Positions 37,898 to 51,059 of a DNA stretch of 64,000 nucleotides are shown here, piece after piece. Location: NCBI GenBank assembly GCA_977017645.1, contig OZ360220.1, forward strand, positions 94,054,001 through 94,118,000, written 5' to 3'. The notes below the pieces were generated by a model that saw only the letters and a list, made by a program, of their open reading frames with translations, made no database searches and was not told where the DNA came from. Numbering within the stretch: the first letter of the stretch is position 1; every line of letters starts with the position of its first letter. Source of the stretch: Torpedo marmorata (lineage: Eukaryota). The translations under genes were made by a program, and so were the position numbers.

Positions 37898-39877
37898 AGA
37901 ATCAGAATTTAGCATCAGAATCAGAATTTATTGTCATGAACAAGTCATGAAATTCAGTGTTTTGCGGCAGCATCATAGTGCAAACATTCATATACTGCAC
38001 TGTTACAAAATCAAACCAGCAACAACAGAAGACGCAATGCAAAAGGGGTAAAATTGAAAATTATATTTATTAAAGACAATTAAACATATAATTTCACAAC
38101 AATTAACCCCACTATAAACGTCTATAAACACTATTCTTATCTAAAAGGTATGTGTGTGTGTGTGTAAAGCCCAGACCATTACAGTCTGTGCCCAACCCTT
38201 ATGTAAAAATGGAAAAACTTTCCCCAAAAACCCCAGGTCAGTCATAAAAACAAGTCAGTCAAAAAAAAGAATAATACAGCCCACAAAAATTCACTCTCTA
38301 AGTTCAGGTTTCAAATTCAGCTCGGTGTGCTGGTAGAAGTACTTCTGAATGAACGTTGGAGAGAGACAATGACTGTTTATGCTTACAAATACTTGTTTTT
38401 CTTCTCTGATGACATTCCCTTGTGTTTTCATAAGGATTGCGAATTCAGATCAGTATACCACTGATTTAGGCGTGTGCTTGGATCTCACAGCTGGTCTCGT
38501 TGATCTCACGCCTGTTCTCCACAGAAGTTGCTTTTAACTCAGAATTTCTCTGAGACAGGAGGCCATGTGCTATTCTTCCAGCCTTTTCTCTGGGATGCAC
38601 AAACCTGGATTTGGCTGTGTTCTCTAGCCTTTGCAACTCCCAACTGTCTGCTTTTTGCAGAGGTCTGCACCTGCTTTTGCAAAAGTGCAACAAAGTATCT
38701 TTTCCACAGCCTGTCTCTCTCTCTGCTCTCTCTCTCTCTGTGTACACCAAGTCCTGGGGAAGTTAACTCTTTCAGTACCTGGCCCCAGTGTGTACTCCAA
38801 AAGACTTCATCCTTCCTGCTGACCGTCCGCAGTCCAAATTGTCAGTCATGGTCCATAACAGCACGAAAAGTAAGGCAGTGTCTTTGGTTCATTGATTACT
38901 CAGGAATCTGATGGCAGCGGGGAAGAAGCTGTCCTTGTGCTGTTGAGTGCTCACCTTTAGGCTCCTGTACCTTTTTCCCGATGGAAGCAGAGTGAAGAGG
39001 GCATGGCCTGGGTGGTGGGGGACTTTGAGGATAGAGGCTGCTTTTTTGCATCAACGTGGATATTCCAGGACAGATCCTCGGAGATGTTGACACCCAGGAA
39101 TTTGAAGTTCTTGACCCTCTCCACTACTGAACCCTCGATGAGGACTGGGTATTGTTCCCCTGACTTCCTCCTGAAGTCCACAATCATCTCCTTGGTTTTG
39201 TTGACGTTGAGCTGATCTATCTCCATCCTGTACGCTTCCTCATTGCCGTTTGTGATTCTGCCGACAACTGTGGTGTCATCGGCAAACTTGTAGATGGCAT
39301 TGGAATTGTGCCTGGCAACACAGTCATGGGTGTATAACGAGTAGAGCAGTGGACTAAGCATGCATCCTTGGGGTGCGCCTGTGTTGATAATCAGTGAGGA
39401 GGAGATGTTGTTTCCAATTCGTACTGACTGTGGTCTTCCGATGAGAAAGTCAAAGATCCAGTTGCAGAGGGGTACAGAGGCTTAGAGTTTGTAGCTTCTT
39501 GACCAGCACTGAGGGAATAATGGTTTTGAAGGCTGAGCTGTAGTCGATGAAGAGCAGCCGTATGTATGAATTACTGTTTTCTTGGTGATCCAGAGCTGAG
39601 TGGTCTTCAGTCTCTGCTTGTACGCCGGGAGTAGAGGTACAGCCAGGTGATCAGACTTGCCGAAGTGCGGTCGTGGTTTGGCTCGGTATGCGTTCTTCAC
39701 GGTGGTGTAGCAGTGGTCGAGTGTGTTGGTTCCCCTGGTCTCACATGTGACGTGTTGGTGGTAGTTTGTCAGAGACTTCTTCAGGCTGGCCTGATTGAAG
39801 TCTCCCATGATGATCGGGAAGGCATCAGGATGTGCTGTCTCATGGCTGTTTATCACAGTGCTCAGTCCCTCCAGTGC
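37898..39877 (-). mobile_element. Rex1/Babar-like LINE with internal deletions, interrupted by a solo LTR
   Basis: GDFNQASL...TLDHCY...FGKSDHL (endonuclease), [13 protein letters not shown]...KFADD (RT), (TCTGAT)n-type tail. Confidence 0.85.
38001..38860 (-). mobile_element. Solo LTR (860 bp), same family as 12833-13723
   Basis: TGTTA...TAACA termini, 4-bp TSD GCAC (37997-38000 / 38861-38864). Confidence 0.9.
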
Positions 39878-39879
39878 CA

Positions 39880-42800
39880 GCCCATTTCCATGATAAGCAC
39901 TGAATATTCCCACCATGTCCATGTCAATCACTGAGCATTCCCACCATGTCATTAAAACACTGACTGTTCCCACCATGATAATGACAAACACTGAGTGTTC
40001 CCACCATGTCCATGTGAAGCACTGTTGTTCTGCCACGTTCGTGTCTAATAATGTGTGTTCCCACCTTGTCCATGTAAAATCTTGAGCATAGCCGCAGAGT
40101 CGTGTTAAACATTCAGTGTTTCCACCATATCCATGTCAACCACTGAGCGGTTACACCATGTCCATGTCAAACACTGCATGTTCCCACACGTCCAGATCAA
40201 GCATTCAGGGCACTCACCATGTCCATATCAAGCACTGTGTATTGTCACTATGTCCAGGTAAAACACAGAACTCTCCCTCCATGAAAATGTGAAACACTGA
40301 ATGTTCCCACCAATACAATATCAAACACTAAATTTTTCCACCATATAGATATATAATGTTGAGCATTCCCCGGCTGTCTATGTCAAACACTGAATGTTCC
40401 CACCATGACAGTGACAAACACTGAGTGTTCCCACCATGTCCATGTCACACACAGTGTTCCCACCATGTCCATGTCATACACTGAGTGTTCCCACCACGTC
40501 CATGTCAAACACTGAGTGTTCCCACCACGTCCATGTCAAACACTGAGTGTTCCCACCACGTCCATGTCAAACACTGAGTGTTCCCACCACATCCATGTCA
40601 AACACTGAGTGTTCCCACCACGTCCATGTCAAACACTGAGTGATCCCACCATGACAATGACAAACATTGATTGTTCCCACCATGTCCATGTCAAATACTG
40701 AGTGTTCCCACCATGACTATATCAAACACTGAGTGCACCCACTATTTGATACTCCGAGTGTACCCACCATCTCCATGTCAAATCCAGCCTGCTTCCATCT
40801 TGTCCATGTGAGACACTGTGCGCTCCCACCATGTGAAACGCTGAGTGCTCCCACTATTTCCATCTCAAACTGAGGCTGCTTCCACCATGTCCATGACAAA
40901 CACTCAGTGTTCCCACCATGTCCATCTCAAACTCAGCCTGCACCTTCCATGTCAAACACTGAGCTCTCTCACCATGTCCATGGCAAACACGGAGTGTTCT
41001 CTCCATGTCCCTGTTAAACACAGAGATCTGTCTGCCTTGTCCATATTAAACACTTAGCGCTCTCACCGTCTCCATGTCAAACACCGAGCGTTGTCTGCCA
41101 TGTACATTTTAAACACTGAGCATTCCCACCATATCCCTATATAAAATTCAGTCTTCCCACCATGTCGATGTCAGACGGTGTGTTCCGGATAGACCCTTGT
41201 CAAACACTGAGTGTTCCCACCACGTCCATGTCAAACACTGAGTATTCCCACCACGTCCATGTCACACACTGAGTGTTCCCACCACGTCCATGTCAAACAC
41301 TGAGTGTTCCCACCACGTCCATGTCAAACACTGAGTATTCCCACCATGTCCATGTCACACACAGTGTTCCCACCATGTCCATGTCAAACACTGAGTGTTC
41401 CCACCACGTCCATGTCAAACACTGAGTGTTCCCACCACGTCCATGTCAAACACTGAGTGTTCCCACCACGTCCATGTCAAACACTGAGTGTTCCCACCAC
41501 ATCCATGTCAAACACTGAGTGTTCCCACCACGTCCATGTCAAACACTGAGTGATCCCACCATGACAATGACAAACATTGATTGTTCCCACCATGTCCATG
41601 TCAAATACTGAGTGTTCCCACCATGACTATATCAAACACTGAGTGCACCCACTATTTGATACTCCGAGTGTACCCACCATCTCCATGTCAAATCCAGCCT
41701 GCTTCCATCTTGTCCATGTGAGACACTGTGCGCTCCCACCATGTGAAACGCTGAGTGCTCCCACTATTTCCATCTCAAACTGAGGCTGCTTCCACCATGT
41801 CCATGACAAACACTCAGTGTTCCCACCATGTCCATCTCAAACTCAGCCTGCACCTTCCATGTCAAACACTGAGCTCTCTCACCATGTCCATGGCAAACAC
41901 GGAGTGTTCTCTCCATGTCCCTGTTAAACACAGAGATCTGTCTGCCTTGTCCATATTAAACACTTAGCGCTCTCACCGTCTCCATGTCAAACACCGAGCG
42001 TTGTCTGCCATGTACATTTTAAACACTGAGCATTCCCACCATATCCCTATATAAAATTCAGTCTTCCCACCATGTCGATGTCAGACGGTGTGTTCCGGAT
42101 AGACCCTTGTCAAACACTGAGTGTTCCCACCACGTCCATGTCAAACACTGAGTATTCCCACCACGTCCATGTCAAACACTGAGTATTCCCACCACGTCCA
42201 TGTCACACACTGAGTGTTCCCACCACGTCCATGTCACACACTGAGTGTTCCCACCACGTCCATGTCACACACTGAGTGTTCCCACCACGTCCATGTCACA
42301 CACTGAGTGTTCCCACCATGTCCATGTCACACACTGAGTGTTCCCACCATGTCCATGTCAAACACTGAGTGTTCCCACCATATCCATGTCAAACACTGAG
42401 TGTTCCCACCATGTCCATGTCAAACACTGAGTGTTCCCACCATGTCCATGTCAAACACTGAGTGTTCCCACCATGTCCATGTCATACACTGAGTATTCCC
42501 ACCACGTCCATGTCATACACTGAGTGTTCCCACCATGTCCATGTCATACACTGAGTATTCCCACCACGTCCATGTCAAACACTGAGTGTTCCCACCACGT
42601 CCATGTCAAACACTGAGTGTTCCCACCATGTCCATGTCAAACACTGAGTGTTCCCACTACGTCCATGTCAAACACTGAGTGTTCCCACCATGTCCATGTC
42701 AAACACTGAGTGTTCCCACTACGTCCATGTCAAACACTGAGTGTTCCCACCATGTCCATGTCAAACACTGAGTGTTCCCACCACGTCCATGTCAAACACT

Positions 42801-44494
42801 GAGTGTTCCCACTACGTCCATGTCATACACTGAGTGTTCCCACCATGTCCATGTCAAACACTGAGTGTTCCCACCACGTCCATGTCAAACACTGAGTGTT
42901 CCCACTACGTCCATGTCAAACACTGAGTGTTCCCACCATGTCCATGTCATACACTCAGTGTTCCCACCACATCCAGGTTAAGCATTGAGAGAACTCACCA
43001 TGTCCAACTCAAACATTGTTTGTTGTCACTAAGTCCAGGTCAAACACAGAAGGCTGTGTCCATGTACATGTGAATCACTGAATGTTCCCACCAATACAAT
43101 ATCAAACACTGAATTTTCCCACCATGTCGATGTTAAATGTTGAGCAATCCCTGCCTGTCCATGTCAAACACTGAATGTTCCCACCAGGTCCACATCAAAT
43201 ATTGAGTGTCATCACCATGGCCATGTCAAACAGCTTGTGTTCCCCATGTCCTTGTCAAACATTGAATTTTCCCACCATGTCCGTGTCAAACACTGAGTGA
43301 GCCTACCATGTCCATGTAAAACTCTCAGTGTTCCCACCAGGCCCATGTCAATCACTGAGAGTTCCCTCCGAAATATCGGTTATGTATTTCTACCTTTGCT
43401 ACATAAAAGACACTGTTTGACCTGCTGAGTTTCTCCAGCATTTGTGTTTTTTACTTCAACCACGGTGTCTACAGATTTTCGCGTTTTACTTCCCACCACA
43501 TGAAACACTGAGTGTTCCCACTATGTCACTGTCAAACACTGGGTTTTCCCACCACATCCATGTCAAACACTGATAGCATGTACCATGCCCATATCAAACA
43601 CAGAATTTTCCCTCCATATCCATGTCAAACACTGAGTATTCGTGCCATGTGTATATCAAACACTGAGCTCTCTCACCACGTCCATGTCAAACACTGAGCT
43701 CTGTAGGCCCTGTCCATGTCAAAAACGGAGCCCTCCCGCCATGTCCATTTCAATCACTGAGTGTTTCCACCATGTCCATGTCAATCACTGAGCACTCCCA
43801 ATACGTTACACACTGAGTGTTCCCAATATGTCACTGTCAAAATCTGAGTTGTGCCACCATGTCCATGTCAAACACTGAGTGCTCCCACCATGCCCATGTC
43901 ACACTCTCTGTATTCCCACTATTTCCCTGTTAAACATTAAGTGGTTTCACCATGTCCATGTCAACACTGAGTGTACCCACCATGTCCATCTCAAACTCAG
44001 CTTGCACCCTCCATGTCCATGACAAACACTGTGTTCCCACCTTGTCCACGTCAAACACTAGTTTTCTGCTTTATTCATGTCTAATAATGTGTGTCCCCAC
44101 CTTGTCCATGTTAAACCTGGAGCATTCATCGTAGGGTTGTGTCAAACATTGAGTGTTTCCACATTATCCATGTCACCCACTGAGCGTTTACACCACGTCC
44201 ATGTCAAATACTGACTGTCCCCACCATGTCCATGTCAAACACTGCATGTTCTCACCATGTCCATTTCAAACACTGAGTGTTCCCACCATCCAGGTCAAGC
44301 ATTGAGGGCACTTACCATGTCCATATCAAGCACTGTACGTTATCACTATGTCCAGGTAAAACACAGAACGCTCCCTCCATGTACATGTGAAACACTGAAT
44401 GTTCCCACCAATACAATATCAAACACTGAGTGTTCCCACCATGTCCATGTCAAACACTGAATGTTCCCACCATGTCCATGTCAAACACTGAGTG
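39880..44494 (+). repeat. 31-bp satellite domain with 910-bp tandem duplication and homogeneous core ~42110-42960
   Basis: Identical ORFs at 40717/41627 and 40845/41755 (offset 910); PLE terminal fragment inserted at ~43368-43490. Confidence 0.93.
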
Positions 44495-44565
44495 GACTTT
44501 ACCTTTGCTACATAAAGGACACTGTTTGACCTGCTGAGCTTCTCCAGCATTTTGTGTTTTTACTT

Positions 44566-44800
44566 AAGAGTATTGTGTTCAGTTCTGGTCATCTCATTAT
44601 CAGAAGGATGTGGAAGCTATGGAGAGGGTGCAGAGGAGATTTACCAGGATGTTGCCTGGATTGGAAAATAAGTCTTATGAGGCAAGTTTAGCAGAGCTGG
44701 GACTTTTTTCTTTGGTGCGTAGAAGGATGCGAGGACACTTAATAGAGGTCTACGAGATTATGAGAGGAGTAGATAGGGTGGACATCCAGCGTCTTTTTCC
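44566..44800 (+). mobile_element. CR1 3' fragment, preceded by a PLE terminal fragment (~44497-44565)
   Basis: MERVQRRFTRMLPGL. Confidence 0.8.
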
Positions 44801-46060
44801 CACCCCCCTGCCAAACTAGTTTAAACCCTACCCAACAGCTCTATCAAACCTGCCTGCCAGGATATTGGTCCCTTTCCAGTCCTTTTTGTACAGTTCAGAC
44901 CTTCCACAGAAGAGATCCCAATGATCCACAAATCTGAACCCCTGCCCCCTGCACTAACTCTTCAGCCACGCATTCATCTGCCACAACTTCCTATTCCTAC
45001 CCTATCTGGTGCGTGGCACAGGCAGCAATCTCAAGATTACCACCCTTGAGGTCCTGCTTTTTAACTTCCTACCTAACTCCCTATATCCCCTCTTCAGGAC
45101 CTCATCACTACTCCTATCTATGTCATTGGTCCCCACGTGGACCACGACATCTGGCTGCTCACCCTCCCCCTCCAGAATGCTGTGAACTCAGAGACATCCC
45201 TGATCCTGGCACCTGGGAGGCAACATACCATCCGGGAGCCTCGATCTCGTTCACAGAACCTCCTATCCACTCATCTAACCAATGAGTCTCCAATCACCAT
45301 AGCTCTCCTCTTCTCCCCCTTCCCTTCTGAGCCGAGGGGCCAACCTCCGCGCCAGAGACGTGACCACCACAACTTGTCCCTGGTAGATTGCCCCCCCCCC
45401 CCAGCAGTATCCAAAACAGTATACTTATTGTTGAGGGGAATGGCCACAGGGGTGCTCTGCTCTGTCTGCTTATTCCCCTTCCCTCTCCTAAGAGTCACCC
45501 AGTTACCTGTCTCCTGACATTTGGGGGTGACTGTCTCCCTTAAGCTCTCTTTCACTCCCTCTGCCTCCCAAATGATCCGGAGTTTGTCCAGCTCCAGCTC
45601 CAGTTCCTTAACTCGGTCTCCCAGGATCTGCAGCTGGATGCACCTCTTGCAGGTGTAGTCATCAGGGACAATTGTGCTGCCCCAGATTTCCCACATGCTG
45701 CACTCGGAGCATTCCACTGTCTCCGTTAACTCTTCCTAATTTAAATACAAAGATCTGACCTGGTCTTCCCTTGCTGGAAACAAGATGGTCCTCAGCCTCT
45801 TCTCGCCGAAGCCTCATGAGCCAAAGCCTCAAAGTCTCTCTCCTCCCCTGAGCCACTCACACACTGGCAGCTCCGCTTGAGCTTCCCTTCTTTTTATTTG
45901 TCACTGCCCCTTATCTTTATTACTCCTCCCACCAATCACCGTTCTATTTAACCCTTAACTTGCCCTCTGCTTCCTTTTTAAATGCACTCACCCCAAGCTG
46001 GTTCCCGACACTCGCAGCTCTCCCGAGTCCCTCGCTCCTCCTCTTCCAGCAACGGTCCCG
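44801..46060 (-). mobile_element. CR1 5' end: 5'UTR plus ORF1 (zinc finger, leucine zipper, esterase)
   Basis: CSECSMWE...CKRCIQL...VIGDSLVR (GDSL-type motif). Confidence 0.85.
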
Positions 46061-46498
46061 AGATGACTATCCCTTAGTATCACTTATTTTGTCCCTTACT
46101 ATCCTTTTGCTCTTAATATACCTGTAGAAACTCTTGGGATTTTCCTTCACATTGTCTGCCAAAGCAACCTCATGTCTTCTTTTAGCCTTCCTGATTTCCT
46201 TCTTAAGTTTGTTCTTGCATTTTTATACTCCTCAAGCACCTCATTTTCTCCTTGTTGCCTATACCTGTTATACACCTCTCTTTTCTTGTTAACCAGTTCT
46301 CCTAAGTGTTCCCACCACATCCATGTCCAATACCGAGTGTTCAGCCCATGTCCATGTCAAACACAGAGTCTTCTCACCATGTCCATGTCAAACACAGAGT
46401 CTTCTCACCATGTCCATGTCAAACACTGAGTGTTTGTATACCTCAGTCAAGTCCCCACATATCTCCCTGCTCCAAAGAATACAAACACAATCTTCATG

Positions 46499-46750
46499 TT
46501 TAAATTTTAAATTTAGACATACAGCACGGTAACAGGCCATTTCGGCCCACGAGTCCGAGTCACCCAATTTACACCCAATTAACCTACACTCCCGGTACGT
46601 TTCGAACAGTGGGAGGAAACCGGAGCCCCGGGGAAAACCCACACAGACACGGGGAGAACGTACAAACTCCTTACATACAGTGCGGGATTCGAACACCGGT
46701 CCTGATCGCTGACGCTGTAAAGGCGTGGCGCTAACCGCTACGCCAACCGT
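46499..46750 (-). mobile_element. V-SINE copy
   Basis: Homologous to 20155-20412. Confidence 0.85.
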
Positions 46751-47081
46751 GTGTAAACTACAAATCAAATCTGATACATTCATGTCCAGCTCATTACCAT
46801 CTGAAACAATAATAAAAACACCACTGATCTCTGTGTTACATTGTTGATCAAAAGCTTCCTATAAATGAACCAAGCACCCACACCTTCTCCCTCTTCATAG
46901 CTGGCTAATTTTGGATCCATTTTGGCAACTTGCAACAGATCTCATGGGCTATGACATTTGGGAACTATTTTCCATGTTTTCTTGTCCAAGTCCATATGGA
47001 CTGCCCAGCAATACACTGTCAACTCCAACCAAATTAAATGGAATTGTTCAGGAAGGAATACCCTCAATGAAGTTACATTGG

Positions 47082-47338
47082 AGCAACATGGTTAGCGTAT
47101 CGGTCAGTGCAACGCTATTACTTCGCCAGCGACCCGAGTTCGAATCCGTTGCTGTCCATAAGGAGTTTGTATGTTCTCTCCATGTCTGCGTGGGTTTCCT
47201 CCCTGCGCTCTGGTTTCCTCCCACCCTCCAAAAACGTACCGGAATTGTAGGTTTATTGATGTATTTGGGGTCACAGACTCGTGGGCCTGGTGGGCCTGTT
47301 ACCGTGCTGTCTGTCTAAAATTTGAATTTAAATTTAAA
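47082..47338 (+). mobile_element. V-SINE copy
   Basis: B-box GAGTTCGAATCC, V-domain, TAAATT tail. Confidence 0.85.
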
Positions 47339-47430
47339 AATCTGTGATTAATCCCTGCTTTCTTTGAGTGAAAATAAATCATGTTACTCAGAATTAGTGT
47401 CCACTAACTTCCCTACCACTGATGAAAAAA

Positions 47431-47601
47431 GTAAATCACGAAAATCTGTAGACACCGTGGTTGAAGTAAAAACACAAAATGCTGGAGAAACTCAGCAGGT
47501 CAAACAGTGTCCTTTATGTAGCAAAGGTAAAGATACATAACCGATGTTTCAGGCTTGAGCCCTTCATCAAAGTATGAGAAAATGCCGGCAGGCATCCGAA
47601 C
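47431..47601 (-). mobile_element. Penelope-like terminal repeat with hammerhead-like motif
   Basis: Matches 11080-11250. Confidence 0.8.
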
Positions 47602-48559
47602 ATCAGTGGGTCAGAAATAAAGGCACTGTTGGCATGAAATTCAAAGAGCAATTCAAAGCCATCAGACAGACTCAGTGTTGGCCTGGGTAGGTCCAACCCC
47701 TGACAACCTCCCAATCCACAGAGATAGTGAACGAAACAGTGGCTTTCTGAGATTCCCAAGGCTGTGCAGGGAGACAGGTTGGGAGGGAACTGCATGCAGT
47801 ATGTTCTGTGGGTTGACACTTTTGTAAGACCGGCACATTTTGTTGAGAATGGTTTTTTTTCCCTTTTTTTAAAAAAAAAGAGCTGCACTCTTTCTTTTTT
47901 TTCAAGGACCTGGGATGGACCCGAAGCCAGCAGCAGTTTCTGTAGATGACACCAGCAGCAGTTAGTGTGATTTTAATTCTTTCTGCATCTTGTCACCAAC
48001 ATTTCATTGATAGCTTTCTGGAGGAGGGGTCACACGAGTGGTCTTTGATGGGAGTGATAAACAGCAGTGTGTTAACTTCTAGTTGGATTACACTTTCCGA
48101 CATCCACACCACTCGACCGCCACACTGCAGCACCAACCCACGTTCCCATCTTTCAGCATCCTCAGCTCAGAGATTGAGCGCACCTATATTCTCCTTATTC
48201 CTGCTCAAGGATTTTCTCAGTTCCAAAATGTTCCAATCTTCCAGCAGTTTCAGTCTGAAGCCAGCCATTGCTGTTTATCCAGAATCAGAGGTCTGTGCTG
48301 TCATTTGCCCTCCTCCTGTCATATCCACCTACCTGTGATACATTGACTTGATTTTAGAATTGCTCCATGCAACATGCTGGAGCACAGGTCAGAGTGAGCA
48401 CCATTAAACATCAGCATCCTACCAATAACTGAGGTCAAACCTATGGCTATTTTCCATTTCTCTCCTGCCTTGACAATCATTTTGTCAAATATTGGAACTG
48501 CATGAACATATTTTCTCATCTGAGGAAGCAGGCCCTAACTGTACCAGGGTATTAAAGAT

Positions 48560-49270
48560 AGTGTCATAGGCCTCGAGCAAGGAAACAGACCCTTCGGCCC
48601 AATTCGTCCATGCAGACCAAGCCGTCTACTTGAGCTAGCCCCTTTTTCCTGTGTTTGGCCCATGTTGTGAACCTTTCTTAACCATGGACCTGTCCAAAAG
48701 TCTTTTAAATGGTTGTAATTGGACCCACTTCTACCACTTCATCTGACAACTCATTCCCTGTTGGAACATAGAATATAATAGCACAATACAAACCCTTCAG
48801 CCGAATTATGTAAACCTACTCCACAACAATCTAATTTTTCCCCACTTCACACCCATAACCTGTTATTTTTCTCACATCTATGTTCCTATCTGAGTCTTTT
48901 GAATGTCCCTATTGTACCAGCCTCCACCACCACCCCTGGCAATGCATTCCAGGCACCCACTACTCTCTGTGTAAAAACTTACCTCTGACATCTAAACTTT
49001 CTTCCACTCACCTTAAACAGACAACCTCTGGTTGTCCCAGGAAAAAGGTGCCTGCTTGTCCACCCTATCTATGCCTCTCATAATCTTGTTGACCTCTATT
49101 ATGTCATCTCTCATCCTTCGTCACTCAACAGATAAAAGCTATGTCAAACTTGCTTCATAAGACATGTTCTCCAATCCAGGCAACATCCTGGTAAATCTAC
49201 TCTGCACCCTCTCCAAAGCATCTACATCCTTCTCGTAATGAGGCGACCAGAACTGAACGCAATACTCCAA
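48560..49270 (-). mobile_element. Two adjacent CR1 3' fragments
   Basis: LEYCVQFWSPHY...LERVQSRFTRMLPGL and CR1 3'UTRs. Confidence 0.75.
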
Positions 49271-49328
49271 ACTAAAACTACAGTATATAAGGTATCCCCT
49301 CAAGCCTTCTACGCTCCAAGGAGAAAAG

Positions 49329-49872
49329 TCAGAATCAGATTCAGAATTTATTGTCATGAACAAGTCATGAAATTTTGTGTTTTGTGGCAGCATCATAGTG
49401 CAAACATTCATATTATAACCATCTTACGACATTACTATAAAAATATATATATAAATAATAGTGCACGAAAAGTAAGGCAGTGTCTTTGGTTCATTGATTA
49501 TTTAGGAATCTGATGGCAGCGGGGAAGAAGCTGTCCTTGTGCCGTTGAGTGCTCGACTTTAGGCTCCTGTACCTTTTTCCCGATGGTATCAGAGTGAAGA
49601 GGGCATGGCCTGGGTGGTGGGGGTCTTTGAGGATAGAGGCTGCTTTTTTAAGACACTGCTTCGTGTAGGTGTCCTCGATGGAGTGAAGTTTGGTGCCTGT
49701 GATGTCACAGGCCGAGTTAACAACCCTCTGGAGTTTACTCTTGTCCTGAGAGTTGGCGCCTCCATACCAGGCAGTGATGCAACCTGCTAGAATGCTCTCC
49801 ACGGTACACCTGTAGAAGTTTACGAGAGTCTTCGGTGACATAGCGAATCTCCTCAGACAAAGTATAGCTGCT
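49329..49872 (-). mobile_element. Rex1/Babar-like 3' fragment
   Basis: NFYRCTVESIL..CITAWYG...SFFPAAIRFLN; same tail as 37898. Confidence 0.85.
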
Positions 49873-50384
49873 GGCGAGTCTATCCCACCTCTCCCTATAA
49901 TTAAGCCCACTGGACCCAGTAAAATCCTTGTCAATCTCTTCTGCACCGTTCAATATAGCCAATACATTCACAAAGTATGTTTTCCATTTGTTTAAGGATT
50001 AAAAGGATAAATGTCATTTGGATGACATGTTCTGTTTTGATGTAAAGGTGTTATATATGTTCCTTTAGGTGGCTGGAAGGATGAGTTATAAAATGCTTTG
50101 GACAGATTATCTGAAAGTAGTCAATTAGTTTGAAATTAATCATTAATCTTTGCACTTTAATTCACCATCTGCATGTAACTTATAAATTAATATAAATTAT
50201 TGTTAGTGGTGAAAATGTCACATGCTTTAAACTGCTGAAAAATTCCATTATATGGAAAGGATGGATGGTAAGTTTAAAGCCAGTATCTCAGAGAGACAGA
50301 AATTTATAACAGAAATATAGAAATTACTCAGCCAACTTCAAATGACTTTATTCATTTAACCCCAATTTAACCAAACACAACCCT

Positions 50385-50932
50385 GAGTACCTTCACTCTG
50401 TCTGCTGCATTAACAGGGACCTCCCAGAGGCCAACCATTTCAATTCCACACCCCATTCCCAAACCAACATGTCTGTCCATGGACTCTTGCACTGCCAAAG
50501 TGAGGCCACCTGCAAATCGGAGGAACAACACCTAATATTCCGTTTGGGCTCTCTCCAACCAGGGAATTAACATCAACTTATCCAGTTTCCATTAGCCCCC
50601 TCCCCTGTCTTTCTCGTTTCCCTATCCCTTTGTCTCCTTTTCTCCGGCTCCCACCCTCTTCACTTTCCATTCAGAGAGCTACCCTCTCCCCCTATCACCT
50701 CAACTTTTTTCTCTTCTGCCCTCCCACCCATATCTACCTATGAATTCTTGCCTGTTGGGCTGTACACCTCCCCCTGCCCCTTCCTCCCTCCTCTCCTCCC
50801 CACCCCCACCTTTTTATTCAGACACTTTCCTGCGTTTCGCTCATACCTTGCCAAAGGGCTCAGGCCCGAAATGTTGGTTCCTGTGGACACTGCGTGACCT
50901 GCTGAGTTTCTCCAGCACGTTTGTGTATTGTA
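50385..50932 (+). mobile_element. Penelope-like 3' fragment
   Basis: GIY-YIG C-terminus (EEQHLIFRLG) and terminal repeat with decayed hammerhead core. Confidence 0.75.
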
Positions 50933-51059
50933 CCTTGATCTTTAGCCCCTGTCAACATCATACAGTCATGTAGTGGATTTACAAAACAGCACGTGTGCAG
51001 TTCTGAATCTGTTTGATTCCATTACCATTTAAATATCAAAAAGTTTCATAAAGATCCCT

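Noticed and set aside
47946-48346. 130-aa and 87-aa ORFs in non-repetitive sequence
   Set aside because: No recognisable domain or splice structure; probably old decayed repeat or neutral intron.
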